DNA of 64,000 bases from an uncultured Candidatus Binatia bacterium (GTDB taxonomy: Bacteria > Desulfobacterota > Binatia > Bin18). Below the pieces are notes generated by a model. It was not told the origin of the DNA, did not search any database, and saw nothing but the letters and a program-made list of their open reading frames with translations. How positions within the stretch are numbered: the first letter of the stretch is position 1; each line of letters starts with the position of its first letter. Shown here piece after piece: positions 8,965-18,272 of this stretch. The DNA is taken from contig OZ243961.1 in the NCBI GenBank assembly GCA_965214605.1, positions 256,001-320,000 on the forward strand. The letters are read 5' to 3'. The translations under genes and the position numbers were made by a program.

Positions 8965-11598
8965 ATGAGTCGATATTGTGGTGAGAAACGGCAGGTCGAA
9001 CCCATCCTGAAAGCAGCTGAGCACTGGAAAAATGTCGGGCTGTTATCGGAGGGGTCGGTATTCAATAAGGGGTCAATTTGGACATCTGAATATTTGGAAT
9101 CGCTGGATCACCATTTCGTTAATCAGTCTGACGCAGGAGAAGGGAATTTCTACGAAAAACTGGGGGCTCAGCTGGAGCCGACTGAGTCAGGAGTGAAGCA
9201 ACTCGCAGCAGAGATGCTGTGGTTAATGTTTCTTTGCCCTCTCAACATCAGCGAATCGAAGAAGCGCGAAGGCATAAAGAGTATCTGGGAATGGTCAGGA
9301 GAGGCGTTTCCAGAGGATTCCGAGTGGATAAGGGATGATGTTCTGGGTGGCGTAGGCAGCGGAGGAATAAATTTTAACACCAGTCGCCGGCAGGAGTTGG
9401 TGTTTTTTATTCGTGCCATGATTGCCTTCAAAATCCTGACAGACCAGGAACGAAATAAGCTCCTTGCCGATGGCTGGGCATTCGCGCAGTGGCTTGAACA
9501 AATCCCCGAATGCGACGCTCGTCAATTGCGTCATATGTTCCTGTTTTTGCTGTTCCCTGACGATTTTGAGCATATTTTCGGAGGGAGAGAGCGACGAAGA
9601 ATTGTCCGGGCCTTCTCAGGAAAGTCTGCGGCACAGGTCAGGAATCTCTCGGCATTAGAGATCGACCGAAACTTCCTTGAGATACGTAAGCAAAAGGAAG
9701 AGGAGTACGGTACTAAGAAGTTGGACTTTTATTATACCCCGCTTCGCGATCTCTGGGGTGACTCTAGGGTAAGGACGTGGCTGTTCAGTTGGAATTCGAG
9801 CAACTGGGAGTGGGAGTCTATGGCTGATGACCGGGCAGCGACACATGAAGGGAAAACGGTAACCCACCGATGGGGATGTGCCAGTCAAGATGCCAGTACC
9901 GGCGACAAAGCGTTTCTGGTGAGGACGGGCGAGCCTCCGAAAGGAATTATAGCTATTGGAAATATTGTTTCCGGTCCTTATGAGGCGCCTCATTGGGACG
10001 AGGCAAAGGCCGAGCAGGGCAAAGTATACCGGTACGTGGATGTGGGATTCTCACGGATTCAGGATCCACTGCAGAATGACCCTTATGTAACGGAAGCCGA
10101 TTTGGAGAGGATTGCTGTCGATAAGCAGGAATGGTCACCACAAGCTTCCGGTATCGAGATAAAGCAGCGATCGGCCGGGACTCTGGAGAAGGTCTGGGAG
10201 AAGGTCGTTGAGGCGGCAAAGCAGCCAGATGATAAAAAGCAGAATGGAAGTGTCAAGGCGGCCATAAACCAGATTCTGTATGGTCCTCCAGGAACAGGAA
10301 AGACCTATCAACTTAATCGTCTGGTGGAAAAGTATTCAAGCAGAAAGCAAACCCTAAGCCGTGAGGCATGGCTGATTCAGGAGTTGCCGGATGCCAGGTG
10401 GTTTGATGTGATCTTTGGCGCATTGTACGACCTGGGCGGTGAGGGCAGGGCCAATGCAATTTTAAATCATGAGTACGTACAGATGAAGGCGAAGGCCTTG
10501 GGGCGTGATCGAAACATCGCGCAAATAATATCGGCAACCCTTCGGGCACATACCCGTGAAAATTCCAGGACCGTCCCAGACAAGAACCGTAGTGCACCCC
10601 TTGTATTCGACAAGAAGTCAAATAGCGCTTGGTCACTGGTCGATGACTGGGAGGAAGAATGTGCAGAGCAGGTGGAACAAGCCAAGAAATGGAAGGCCGG
10701 TCCCAAGCAAGAGGCGTCCCATCAACGGTATGAATACGTGGCGTTTCATCAGGCCTATAGCTACGAAGATTTCGTCGAGGGTATGAGACCTGTTCAGGAT
10801 GAGGAAACCGGAGAGATCGCTTATCAGGTAGTGCCTGGTGTTTTTAAGCGGATATGCCAGAGGGCAAAAGCAGACCCCGATCAGCGGTACGCGATTTTTA
10901 TTGATGAGATCAACAGGGGGAACATTGCCAAAATATTTGGCGAGCTGATCACCTTGATGGAAGAAGATAAAAGGGCGGTATACAACGACGCCGGAGACCT
11001 GAAGTCTGGGATGGAATTGACTCTTCCTTATTCAGGCGCGCGATTTAGTGTCCCTGGAAATTTGGACGTCTACGGGACCATGAACACAGCGGACCGCTCC
11101 ATAGCCCTACTGGATACTGCGTTACGACGTCGTTTCCAATTCAAAGAGTTGATGCCGGATGCCGGCGTAATCAGCGGCTCCCGTGGTGACGGTTATATCG
11201 AGGATGGGGATGGCGGCGTTATCAACCTGCGTGCCTTACTGGAGGCCATGAATCGTCGTATTCGCTTCCTGTTGAACAGAGATATGACGATTGGGCATGC
11301 CTATTTCATCAACGTGCGTGATTTTGATGGTCTCAAGGTGGTTTTGTTCAACAAGATTATTCCCCTTCTGCAGGAATATTTCTATGAGGACTGGCACAGG
11401 ATCCAGTTGGTATTCCGAGATGTAGATCCGGCGGGAGAAAAACTGGAACCACAGATTGTATGTCATGACACGCTGAACAAAAAAGAGGTGCTTGGGGTCG
11501 ATCATGACGACTTCGACGACCTTACAGAGTACCGGATTGTAGACCCGGATGAGATCACGCCGGATGCAGTCAGGAAAGTATACGAAGAGAGTGCCTGA
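8965..11598 (+). CDS. mcrB: McrB-family GTPase (type IV restriction) with extra N-terminal and EVE-like domains
   Basis: GPPGTGKT, FHQAYSYEDFVEG, IFIDEINRGN, McrB signature MNTADRS, and IGHAYF. Confidence 0.9.
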   Translation: MSRYCGEKRQVEPILKAAEHWKNVGLLSEGSVFNKGSIWTSEYLESLDHHFVNQSDAGEGNFYEKLGAQLEPTESGVKQLAAEMLWLMFLCPLNISESKKREGIKSIWEWSGEAFPEDSEWIRDDVLGGVGSGGINFNTSRRQELVFFIRAMIAFKILTDQERNKLLADGWAFAQWLEQIPECDARQLRHMFLFLLFPDDFEHIFGGRERRRIVRAFSGKSAAQVRNLSALEIDRNFLEIRKQKEEEYGTKKLDFYYTPLRDLWGDSRVRTWLFSWNSSNWEWESMADDRAATHEGKTVTHRWGCASQDASTGDKAFLVRTGEPPKGIIAIGNIVSGPYEAPHWDEAKAEQGKVYRYVDVGFSRIQDPLQNDPYVTEADLERIAVDKQEWSPQASGIEIKQRSAGTLEKVWEKVVEAAKQPDDKKQNGSVKAAINQILYGPPGTGKTYQLNRLVEKYSSRKQTLSREAWLIQELPDARWFDVIFGALYDLGGEGRANAILNHEYVQMKAKALGRDRNIAQIISATLRAHTRENSRTVPDKNRSAPLVFDKKSNSAWSLVDDWEEECAEQVEQAKKWKAGPKQEASHQRYEYVAFHQAYSYEDFVEGMRPVQDEETGEIAYQVVPGVFKRICQRAKADPDQRYAIFIDEINRGNIAKIFGELITLMEEDKRAVYNDAGDLKSGMELTLPYSGARFSVPGNLDVYGTMNTADRSIALLDTALRRRFQFKELMPDAGVISGSRGDGYIEDGDGGVINLRALLEAMNRRIRFLLNRDMTIGHAYFINVRDFDGLKVVLFNKIIPLLQEYFYEDWHRIQLVFRDVDPAGEKLEPQIVCHDTLNKKEVLGVDHDDFDDLTEYRIVDPDEITPDAVRKVYEESA

Positions 11599-11600
11599 TT

Positions 11601-12854
11601 GTGGAGGTGCTGTCGGTAATCGAGCATGAATCTCTCCCAATTCTCCGATCTCGTGGACGAGGTCGGAGGGCGCTTGATCATGCGCATGCCGACGCACTCG
11701 ACGGACTTGAGAAAGAGCTGCCGGCAAAAGCGTGGTCTTGGGGGAATCGGCGAATCAAATTTGGGCACTATTGCGGCGTCATCTCATTGGGAAATTTATC
11801 TATAGAGATTCTTCCCAAGATTTACGGTGTTGAGGTTGACCTGGGGTCCAGCCGTCGTGCGCTGGTACGCATGCTTTCCAAGGCACGCCGCCTGAAGCTC
11901 CGTCGAGCGGGCACGGCTGGCATTGCGCTCCAGAAGCATAGTCTTCTGGATGTGTTCATACTGAATTTTTGCGACCAGCTGCATGCCGAGATGATGCAGG
12001 GGATGATTCGAACATACATAGAGCGCAACGAGAATCTCAACGTCTTACGTGGAAGATTACGAATTGAGCAGCAATTCAAGCAAAACCTGGCCCACCGTGA
12101 ACGGCTTTATTGTCAGTATGATGAGCTGAGCGAGGACAACATCCACAATCAGATATTGAAATATGTACTGAAATTATTGCTGAAAACGGCAATAGGAAAT
12201 CGTGCGCGTCTTCAGGTGTCTGAACTCCTCATGCGTTTTGACCCGATAAGCGATGTAGCCGTAGACACCGCTTTGCTGGATTCGCTGAGCTTTGATCGTT
12301 CAACTGCCAGATATGAGCCGATATTCGACCAATGCAGGCGCTTCCTGGAGGGCGTGCATCCGGATGTTCTGGCGGGAAAGGAAACCTGTGTTTCGCTCCT
12401 GTTTGATATGAACCAGCTGTTCGAGGCATACGTTGGTGCCGAATTAAGGAGGAAGGCATGGAGTGAGGGGCTGCGGGTAAGAGAGCAGGGCCCACAGAAG
12501 TATTTAGCCCGGCGTAAGGATACCGATCGGAATGTCTTCAGGATGAAGCCCGACATTTCCTTTTTGAACGAGAATAATCAGGTTGTAGCAATCGCGGATG
12601 CCAAGTGGAAACTGCTGGATGAAGAAGAAAGGAAGCTGAGAATATCTCAGGCCGATCTGTATCAACTGGAAAGTTACGCGATAAGGTATCGTGTTGAAGA
12701 ATTGTTTCTGATTTACCCCATGCAGCAGAAGATGACGATGCCGGTTCAGCTACATTTTAAGGGATCGGGAGCGACGGTGAATATTGTGCCTTTCGATATC
12801 ACGGCAGTCAGCAGTACCGAACTACCAAAGCTGTCCATAGGAGGAGGACATTGA
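11601..12854 (+). CDS. mcrC: McrC-family restriction endonuclease subunit
   Basis: IEILPKI, LFDMNQLFEAYV, KPD...IADAKWK nuclease motif, ADLYQL. Starts 2 bp after mcrB. Confidence 0.9.
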   Translation: MEVLSVIEHESLPILRSRGRGRRALDHAHADALDGLEKELPAKAWSWGNRRIKFGHYCGVISLGNLSIEILPKIYGVEVDLGSSRRALVRMLSKARRLKLRRAGTAGIALQKHSLLDVFILNFCDQLHAEMMQGMIRTYIERNENLNVLRGRLRIEQQFKQNLAHRERLYCQYDELSEDNIHNQILKYVLKLLLKTAIGNRARLQVSELLMRFDPISDVAVDTALLDSLSFDRSTARYEPIFDQCRRFLEGVHPDVLAGKETCVSLLFDMNQLFEAYVGAELRRKAWSEGLRVREQGPQKYLARRKDTDRNVFRMKPDISFLNENNQVVAIADAKWKLLDEEERKLRISQADLYQLESYAIRYRVEELFLIYPMQQKMTMPVQLHFKGSGATVNIVPFDITAVSSTELPKLSIGGGH

Positions 12855-12997
12855 ATAATGTCTCTTTCCGGCAAACATTTTCTGGACATCCAGGGATTTC
12901 TTGCGGAGGAAGATAAGCAACTCGACGCCGAAAGTAGTTTACGCCGGCGCGCAGTTGCCATGGAAAAGAAACCGTGTGGGACATTCGAATACCGCAG

Positions 12998-13290
12998 ATG
13001 TCGAAGGATGATATTTGTTGAAGGATGGGGCTCCGTCAGGCGAGGAGCTATTCGCTCCAATTTGGGAACGGCCAGCCACAGAGGCGGCACGCGAGTTGGG
13101 GATTTCCGATGCGGCCCTAGGCAAGTTGTGCCGGCAACTTCAGGTGCCCATGCCACCGAGAGGATATTGGGCCGGGGTGGCGTTGGGTAAAACGCCGAAG
13201 CGGCCGCCGCTGCCGGCATACCGCGCGGAAATCGAGAATCGCCTGCGGAAACAGGCGAAGTCAAAAAGCCGGGTCCCACCATCCAAGCTG
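12998..13290 (+). pseudogene. 5' remnant of a conserved HTH-like hypothetical protein
   Basis: EELFAPIWERPATEAARELGISDAALGKLCRQLQVPMPPRGYW resembles a widespread island-borne family. Start region is frameshifted and the gene is truncated. Confidence 0.55.
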
Positions 13291-13531
13291 CAATGGATTG
13301 CCGGACCGGGAAGATTCGGCCCTGTTCCTTCAGGCGGCTGACCACATCGTCATCCGGCGCCGGGAAGGTCAGGCGGTTCTGCTTCCGCCGGGGTTGGTCG
13401 CCACGGTTACGCAGAATCTCTTCCGCAGCGGCGAATGCCTGGTTGGTCCCGCTGCGGCTGTAGGTGCCATTGGTCGGCGGCACGACAAGTCGTGGTCCGG
13501 CAGCATAGTCATCCGGTACATCGACAGACGG
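13290..13531 (-). pseudogene. Internal fragment of a second DUF499 ATPase
   Basis: Minus strand reads PSVDVPDDYAAGPRLVV...AEEILRNRGDQPRRKQNRLTFPAPD...RLKEQGR. This aligns by eye with SSADVTDEPGGVRAAV...AKDILLQRGSSPRVYRNTLAFIAAD...NLKEAVR of 3155-6451. Confidence 0.7.
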
Positions 13532-14589
13532 TTACCCTGAACCCCAATACTGATGTCACTCTGCCGCCGTTTGCCGATGCCTTGCGTGTGTTGCAAAAGG
13601 AACGTCAGCAATTGCGGGATGATCTGGACGCACTGGAAGAAGACGACGAGCTGGATGATGAGGGCACCGGCCGTGATGTGCTCGGCGAAATGGAGATTGC
13701 GGCCTGTATCATGATCACCGGGGACGACGAACGCGAGGATGCACTCATGACCCGGGCTGACCGACTGTTAATCCGGAATGCGATTTTCCTGGCGGCCAAA
13801 ACCGTCAAGGAGACAGGCCGCGATCAGGTGCCCACCCAGGATGTCGCCGCCACACTCCAGAGTATCGGGCACGATGAAAGCCTGCCGACCACCGGCGCAA
13901 CCGGGTCATCGAGATGGGGGACGGTCTGCGCTGTTCTATTCAGGTCTCGCCGGACACTTTTTTAACCGGCCGGGCACCCCCTGGCCCGAGGCGGACATCA
14001 CGATTCTGGAGATGGCGATACTGGCTCAGGAAGGCTACGAAGATCAGCTTACAGCTCCATGAGGAGCCATATCAACGATCTGGTAGAACGCCACCAGCAC
14101 GACGCAAGGCCGACGTTGGTGGCGACCGATGAAGGGCACATCATTACCACCAATCCGTTGCTGGCGCGTTATGTGGTCAAGATCACCAAGATGTGGCGCA
14201 AGCTCGGCGCCTGGTTCTGGATTGCCACCCAGAATCTGGAAGACTTCCCCGATGCCAGTCGCAAGATGCTCAACATGATGGAGTGGTGGCTTTGCCTGGT
14301 GATGCCCAAGGAGGAGGCTGAACAAATCGCCCGCTTCAAGGATTTGACCGAGGTGCAGCGCAGCCTGTTGTAGTCGGCCCGCAAAGAGCCGGGGAAGTAT
14401 GTCGAAGGTCTCATGCTCTCTGACAATATGGACGCGCTATTTCGTAATGTCCCGCCGCCGCTATTACTGGTGCTTGCCATGACTGGGAAACACGAAAAGG
14501 CCGAGCGTGGCGCGATTATGCAGGAGCGCAATTGTAGTGAACTCGAGGCGGTGCGTGTCATCGCAGAGCGGATTGCAGAAAGTCGCTGA
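13531..14589 (+). pseudogene. 3' part of ICE conjugative transfer ATPase (VirB4/TraC, PFL_4706-type)
   Basis: RDVLGEMEIAACIMITG, PWPEADIT, TDEGHIITTNPLL, KITKMWRKLGAWFWIATQN, SARKEPGKYVEG. At least two frameshifts and an in-frame TAG at 14371. Confidence 0.88.
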
Positions 14590-14694
14590 GGCCGATGATT
14601 GTGACCTACTCACCAATCGACATTGGCGGCATGTTGGTCTAAGACCCGTTCAGCCGCGGTTCCGAACGTTGACCAGGGAGAGTACCCAAAGGCA

Positions 14695-15426
14695 TTAGTT
14701 CTTGAACCTGTTCAGGAGCCGGATCAGTTGCAGCTGGAGCGGTTGCGGAAAGGAGATCTGTCCATTCTGAAACTTCGTATAGCACCTCTCGAAGATCGCG
14801 ATGAAGTCGCTCCGCAGGGTCTGCGGCGTATGGTGCTCATAAAGGGCGCGCAACGTGGGGCCGTGACACGCACTGACTCTCAGGCCGCTCCCGCACGGGC
14901 ATTCATGATGGCCGCGATAGCCATGCTCGAAGAGAAAGCATATGGCACCGAGGGCCGCGAGGTCATCGTGCAGGCCGAGCGTATCGACGTAATGACGCAG
15001 AATGCCTTCATATCCGTGCGCCGCTTCGTCGAATGGGTGACGCCCGTGCTTTTTCCAGAAGCAGTACCCGTAGAGATAAGGAATCACCAGCCGATTGACG
15101 AATCCGAGCAGCGTAGGCTGGTCGAAGAACACTCGGCGCTGCTCGACCGGAACGGCAAGGCACAGCGTGCCGTCGGGATTGCGATGCTTATAGTTGGCCA
15201 CGATCCGGCCGCCTATTTCTTTGATCCGCGGCAGCGGCTCCGGAAAGCCGCGAGGGATTATCAATTCGATTTCGAACGATTCCGTGATCGTTTCCAGCCC
15301 GTTGGCGGACGCCTCGAAAGGCAGCGTGCCGGAAACGATTGTTTCGGCATCGCGTTCGACAATGTTTGTGAGTCCTTTGTGAACGCCCGACAGTTCGATG
15401 ATCTGCTGCCGCAAGTCTTCCTTCAC
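14695..15426 (-). CDS. CBASS-associated prokaryotic E2-like protein with C-terminal SEC-C zinc motif (short Cap2-like)
   Basis: FEIELIIPRGFPEPLPRIKE...HRNPDGTLCL (E2 fold with catalytic Cys) and ECPCGSGLRVSACH (SEC-C). GTGA overlap with the CD-NTase stop, GGAGG upstream. Confidence 0.8.
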   Translation of the reverse strand: MKEDLRQQIIELSGVHKGLTNIVERDAETIVSGTLPFEASANGLETITESFEIELIIPRGFPEPLPRIKEIGGRIVANYKHRNPDGTLCLAVPVEQRRVFFDQPTLLGFVNRLVIPYLYGYCFWKKHGRHPFDEAAHGYEGILRHYVDTLGLHDDLAALGAICFLFEHGYRGHHECPCGSGLRVSACHGPTLRALYEHHTPQTLRSDFIAIFERCYTKFQNGQISFPQPLQLQLIRLLNRFKN

Positions 15427-16610
15427 ACCTGCCTCCACGGTTTCGCGGGGCTGGTGATATGAATGCGCGGCGGCGTGTCGATTACTGGAGCGGGCGGAAC
15501 AAGAACCTCAAGATGTTTCGATACGGCTGCGGCGCCCAAGACCCGGCCCAGGTGCTCTTTGAGCAGGCGCGGGTTTGCCTCGCCCAGGATGTTCAGCAGA
15601 TCCTTCTGTAGGGCATCCACCCACGCGAAGAAGGCCCGTGGGCGGGCATGGTTGTCTTCATGCCAGCGGTCCGCAAAGTTCTCGGCCGGATTGACGGGGT
15701 TGCCGATATACCACGTGCCGTCCGGGCGTCTCTGGATCAGCCTCATCGCTGCCAGGGAACGGTCGATAGTCTTGCCTTCGACGAGCGCTGCGTGCGCCTG
15801 GAGTTTTCCGATGATCCCGGAAAGAGCGGAATACACATCCGCCTCATTTCCGTAAAGATGCGCAGCCAGCGTGGTAATGATGATCGAGATCGGAGCGTAG
15901 TCGATACGGTCGGGGTGGTTGAAGCGCAGGTCCCGGTGTCGCTTCATGAGCTGGATCGAACGTTGAAGTGGTGTGCGGACCAACTGGTCGGGCACTTTGT
16001 CTATGCTCGAGTAGATCAGCGGTGCGCGGCGTTGGATATTCTGCTTCTGTTCGACGACCGCACGAGCGAAAGCCGCGTCATTCTTTCCGTCGAACCATGC
16101 CCCGTAGCCGCGCGGATCGCTTGCCGACCAGGAATAGGCGGAGCCGTTCTTGTTGGTGATCGCCAGCCCGCGCCCGTCCGGCACAGCGGGCAGAACGTCG
16201 AGATGAAAACCCACGCCGTCCTGCTCGGCGTATTCGAGCGTCCAGCAGCGCCGTCCTTCGAGGTCGAGCAGCTTCCGATAGGTTCCATGCTCCCAGAGCC
16301 GGTTGCCAACCATGGATTTGATCGCCTGGGGCAAGCTCTGATCCTTCCGCAACGGCATCTCGCACACGAGGTCGATGTCGTAGGATGCCTCGATCCCGTC
16401 GCGGATGGGCCTGACGACCGTTCCGAGCCGGAACGATCCTTGCGGATAGATGCTGAGTTCGCCGGAGCATCCCGGATATTCCCCCTGCTCAAGCCAGCGG
16501 CCGACCGCCTGATAGCGGTCCACCGCGTCCTGATACTTGCCGGGCGGGATGTCGATCTCGCTGGCGACCTGCTCCAGAAACTTCGAATACTTCGTGATAT
16601 CGACGGTCAT
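15423..16610 (-). CDS. cGAS/DncV-like nucleotidyltransferase (CD-NTase, probably clade G)
   Basis: QGSFRLGT, YDIDLV, HLDVLPA, QLMKRHRD, PISIIITTLAA, NPVNPAENFADRW. Confidence 0.92.
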   Translation of the reverse strand: MTVDITKYSKFLEQVASEIDIPPGKYQDAVDRYQAVGRWLEQGEYPGCSGELSIYPQGSFRLGTVVRPIRDGIEASYDIDLVCEMPLRKDQSLPQAIKSMVGNRLWEHGTYRKLLDLEGRRCWTLEYAEQDGVGFHLDVLPAVPDGRGLAITNKNGSAYSWSASDPRGYGAWFDGKNDAAFARAVVEQKQNIQRRAPLIYSSIDKVPDQLVRTPLQRSIQLMKRHRDLRFNHPDRIDYAPISIIITTLAAHLYGNEADVYSALSGIIGKLQAHAALVEGKTIDRSLAAMRLIQRRPDGTWYIGNPVNPAENFADRWHEDNHARPRAFFAWVDALQKDLLNILGEANPRLLKEHLGRVLGAAAVSKHLEVLVPPAPVIDTPPRIHITSPAKPWRQV

Positions 16611-16645
16611 GCTGACAACCTCTCTCTCAATGCCACATCCGGCTC

Positions 16646-17647
16646 TTAGTTCAGCACATGGACCGGCGCGAACGCTTCCGCTGGCTGACTGAAAAACACG
16701 TGACCGAGAACCGGTTGCCGATCACGTGCCAAGGAAAAGCCCAGCCCCATTAGATCCTGGATGGCCCGTATGTCATCCATCTTGTAGGTGTTGTAAGGGA
16801 CGGTGGGATTGATTCGATGAATGGCCGTCCGCTCGTGTTCATGGCCGGTAAGCAGCTTGGCGATGCCCATTGCGCCGTGCGACTGCCCGTCCATGAAGAG
16901 CTTGATGATCTTGGAGCCAAGCGTCCCGATCCCTGCCCATTTTCGGATGGTGTAGGTCTCCTCCAGGCAACCGAGGCTGAGCACATGGAGTGATTCGCGC
17001 GGCCAGTCCAGCATCGTGATCGCTTCAACGACAGCCAGCGCCGTTGGGTTGTTCGCCCATGTCCCGCCATCGGTCAGGCCGACCGCATGTTGCGTAACAT
17101 GGTGGCGGAAGTACGTCGGCGCCGCGGCGGTCGCCAGCGCGGCATCGACCGCCAGGGACTTGTAGTCGTTGTGAAGACGCGTGTGGTGTGCGGTCTTGTA
17201 AATGTATACGGAGTGCGCGACCGGATTCCATGCGGGGATGAGCAAACGCGTTTTCGCATCGCCGATCCGTTTGCTGCCGAGCACGTCCTCTAGGACGGAC
17301 CGCAGCGGCGCGGTATCGTGTTTGTTCATGAACAGCCAACGCCCGAGTCGCAGCTTGCTGAAGACAAAATCTGAAACCGGCCCGTGTCCGTGCCCGAAGA
17401 TTTTCGGGCCGTGCCGTTCATAGAGATCAAGAAGCTTCGAGGCGCGCAGCCCCATCGCTAGGCCAAGGGCGCTGATCCCGCCGGTGGACGTGCCTGCGAT
17501 CAGGTCGAAATACGACCCGATCGGGTCTTGAAGATGCTTTTCAAGACTGGCCAGAAAGGCTGCTGGAAAAGTTCCCAGAATCCCGCCTCCGTCGATGCAC
17601 AGGATGCGGCGCTTGGGTTGCTGCGTTACTTTTTTGTTTTCCATCAT
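16646..17647 (-). CDS. CBASS patatin-like phospholipase effector (CapV-like)
   Basis: LCIDGGGILG, GTSTG (nucleophile), AAPTYF, DGG. Directly upstream of the CD-NTase. Confidence 0.9.
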   Translation of the reverse strand: MMENKKVTQQPKRRILCIDGGGILGTFPAAFLASLEKHLQDPIGSYFDLIAGTSTGGISALGLAMGLRASKLLDLYERHGPKIFGHGHGPVSDFVFSKLRLGRWLFMNKHDTAPLRSVLEDVLGSKRIGDAKTRLLIPAWNPVAHSVYIYKTAHHTRLHNDYKSLAVDAALATAAAPTYFRHHVTQHAVGLTDGGTWANNPTALAVVEAITMLDWPRESLHVLSLGCLEETYTIRKWAGIGTLGSKIIKLFMDGQSHGAMGIAKLLTGHEHERTAIHRINPTVPYNTYKMDDIRAIQDLMGLGFSLARDRQPVLGHVFFSQPAEAFAPVHVLN

Positions 17648-17830
17648 TTTTTACTGTTCTTCATTCTCGATAGCGGGATTTCCGCTCCTCGCCTCGCCTA
17701 TGGGCCTCCAGTTCATAGGCGCCTTGTCAGCAAGCAGGGTTCCGGTTATGCTGTATGTCTGGGCAGACGACGGCGTGAGAACCATAAAATCGACCTGGGA
17801 GACCGGAATTAATGGGGTCGGACAATAGGC

Positions 17831-17878
17831 GTTGTCTGTACAGACAACATATTTACAGATACATTTATCATCTGTCAA
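17831..17878. promoter_or_regulatory. Divergent promoter/operator region between CBASS and capH-capP
   Basis: Perfect 18-bp palindrome GTTGTCTGTACAGACAAC (17831-17848). Second inverted repeat TTTACAGAT/ATCTGTCAA (17852-17878) whose right arm is a minus-strand TTGACA. Confidence 0.7.
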
Positions 17879-17888
17879 GAGGGCACTG

Positions 17889-18272
17889 ATGTCGTTCGGC
17901 TACGTTTTGAGAAAGTTCCGGGAAGACTGCAATCTCAGCCTCCGTGAGTTTGGTAAGCTCTGCAAAATCGACCATGCCTATATCCACCGGCTGGAAAAGA
18001 ATGAAAAGACCGCACCTTCCGAACAGGTCATTGAGTCGTTTATCCGTGCATTAGAACTGACGTCCAGGCAGGCGCACCTACTGCGGTTGCTGGTCGGCAA
18101 GACAGTGAACGAGCAGCTCGTGGACGTCTTTATCGAGGACGAAGCCCGCCCCCTGGAGCTGCTTGAACCTGCCTATCAAATGAGCTTCCGGGGTAAACGA
18201 CCGGAAACGAAGGATGAGTGGCGCCGGCATATTGACCGTTTGGCCGCGCTGTTTGATGAAGACGAGGAGTGA
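17889..18272 (+). CDS. XRE HTH repressor, CapH-like
   Basis: FGYVLRKFRE...LSLREFG...AYIHRLEK HTH. Divergent from CBASS and adjacent to a metallopeptidase. Confidence 0.85.
   Translation: MSFGYVLRKFREDCNLSLREFGKLCKIDHAYIHRLEKNEKTAPSEQVIESFIRALELTSRQAHLLRLLVGKTVNEQLVDVFIEDEARPLELLEPAYQMSFRGKRPETKDEWRRHIDRLAALFDEDEE

Noticed and set aside
13531-14589. Programmed frameshifting or stop readthrough restoring VirB4
   Set aside because: Multiple independent lesions plus loss of the 5' half, including Walker A, indicate decay.
14623-16649. Long plus-strand ORFs 14623-15462 and 15648-16649
   Set aside because: Antisense shadows of the E2 and CD-NTase genes, with no motifs.
17651-17878. 75-aa minus-strand ORF upstream of the patatin gene as a CBASS component
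   Set aside because: It starts on the TTG of the predicted -35 box, runs through the operator, and has no recognisable motif.
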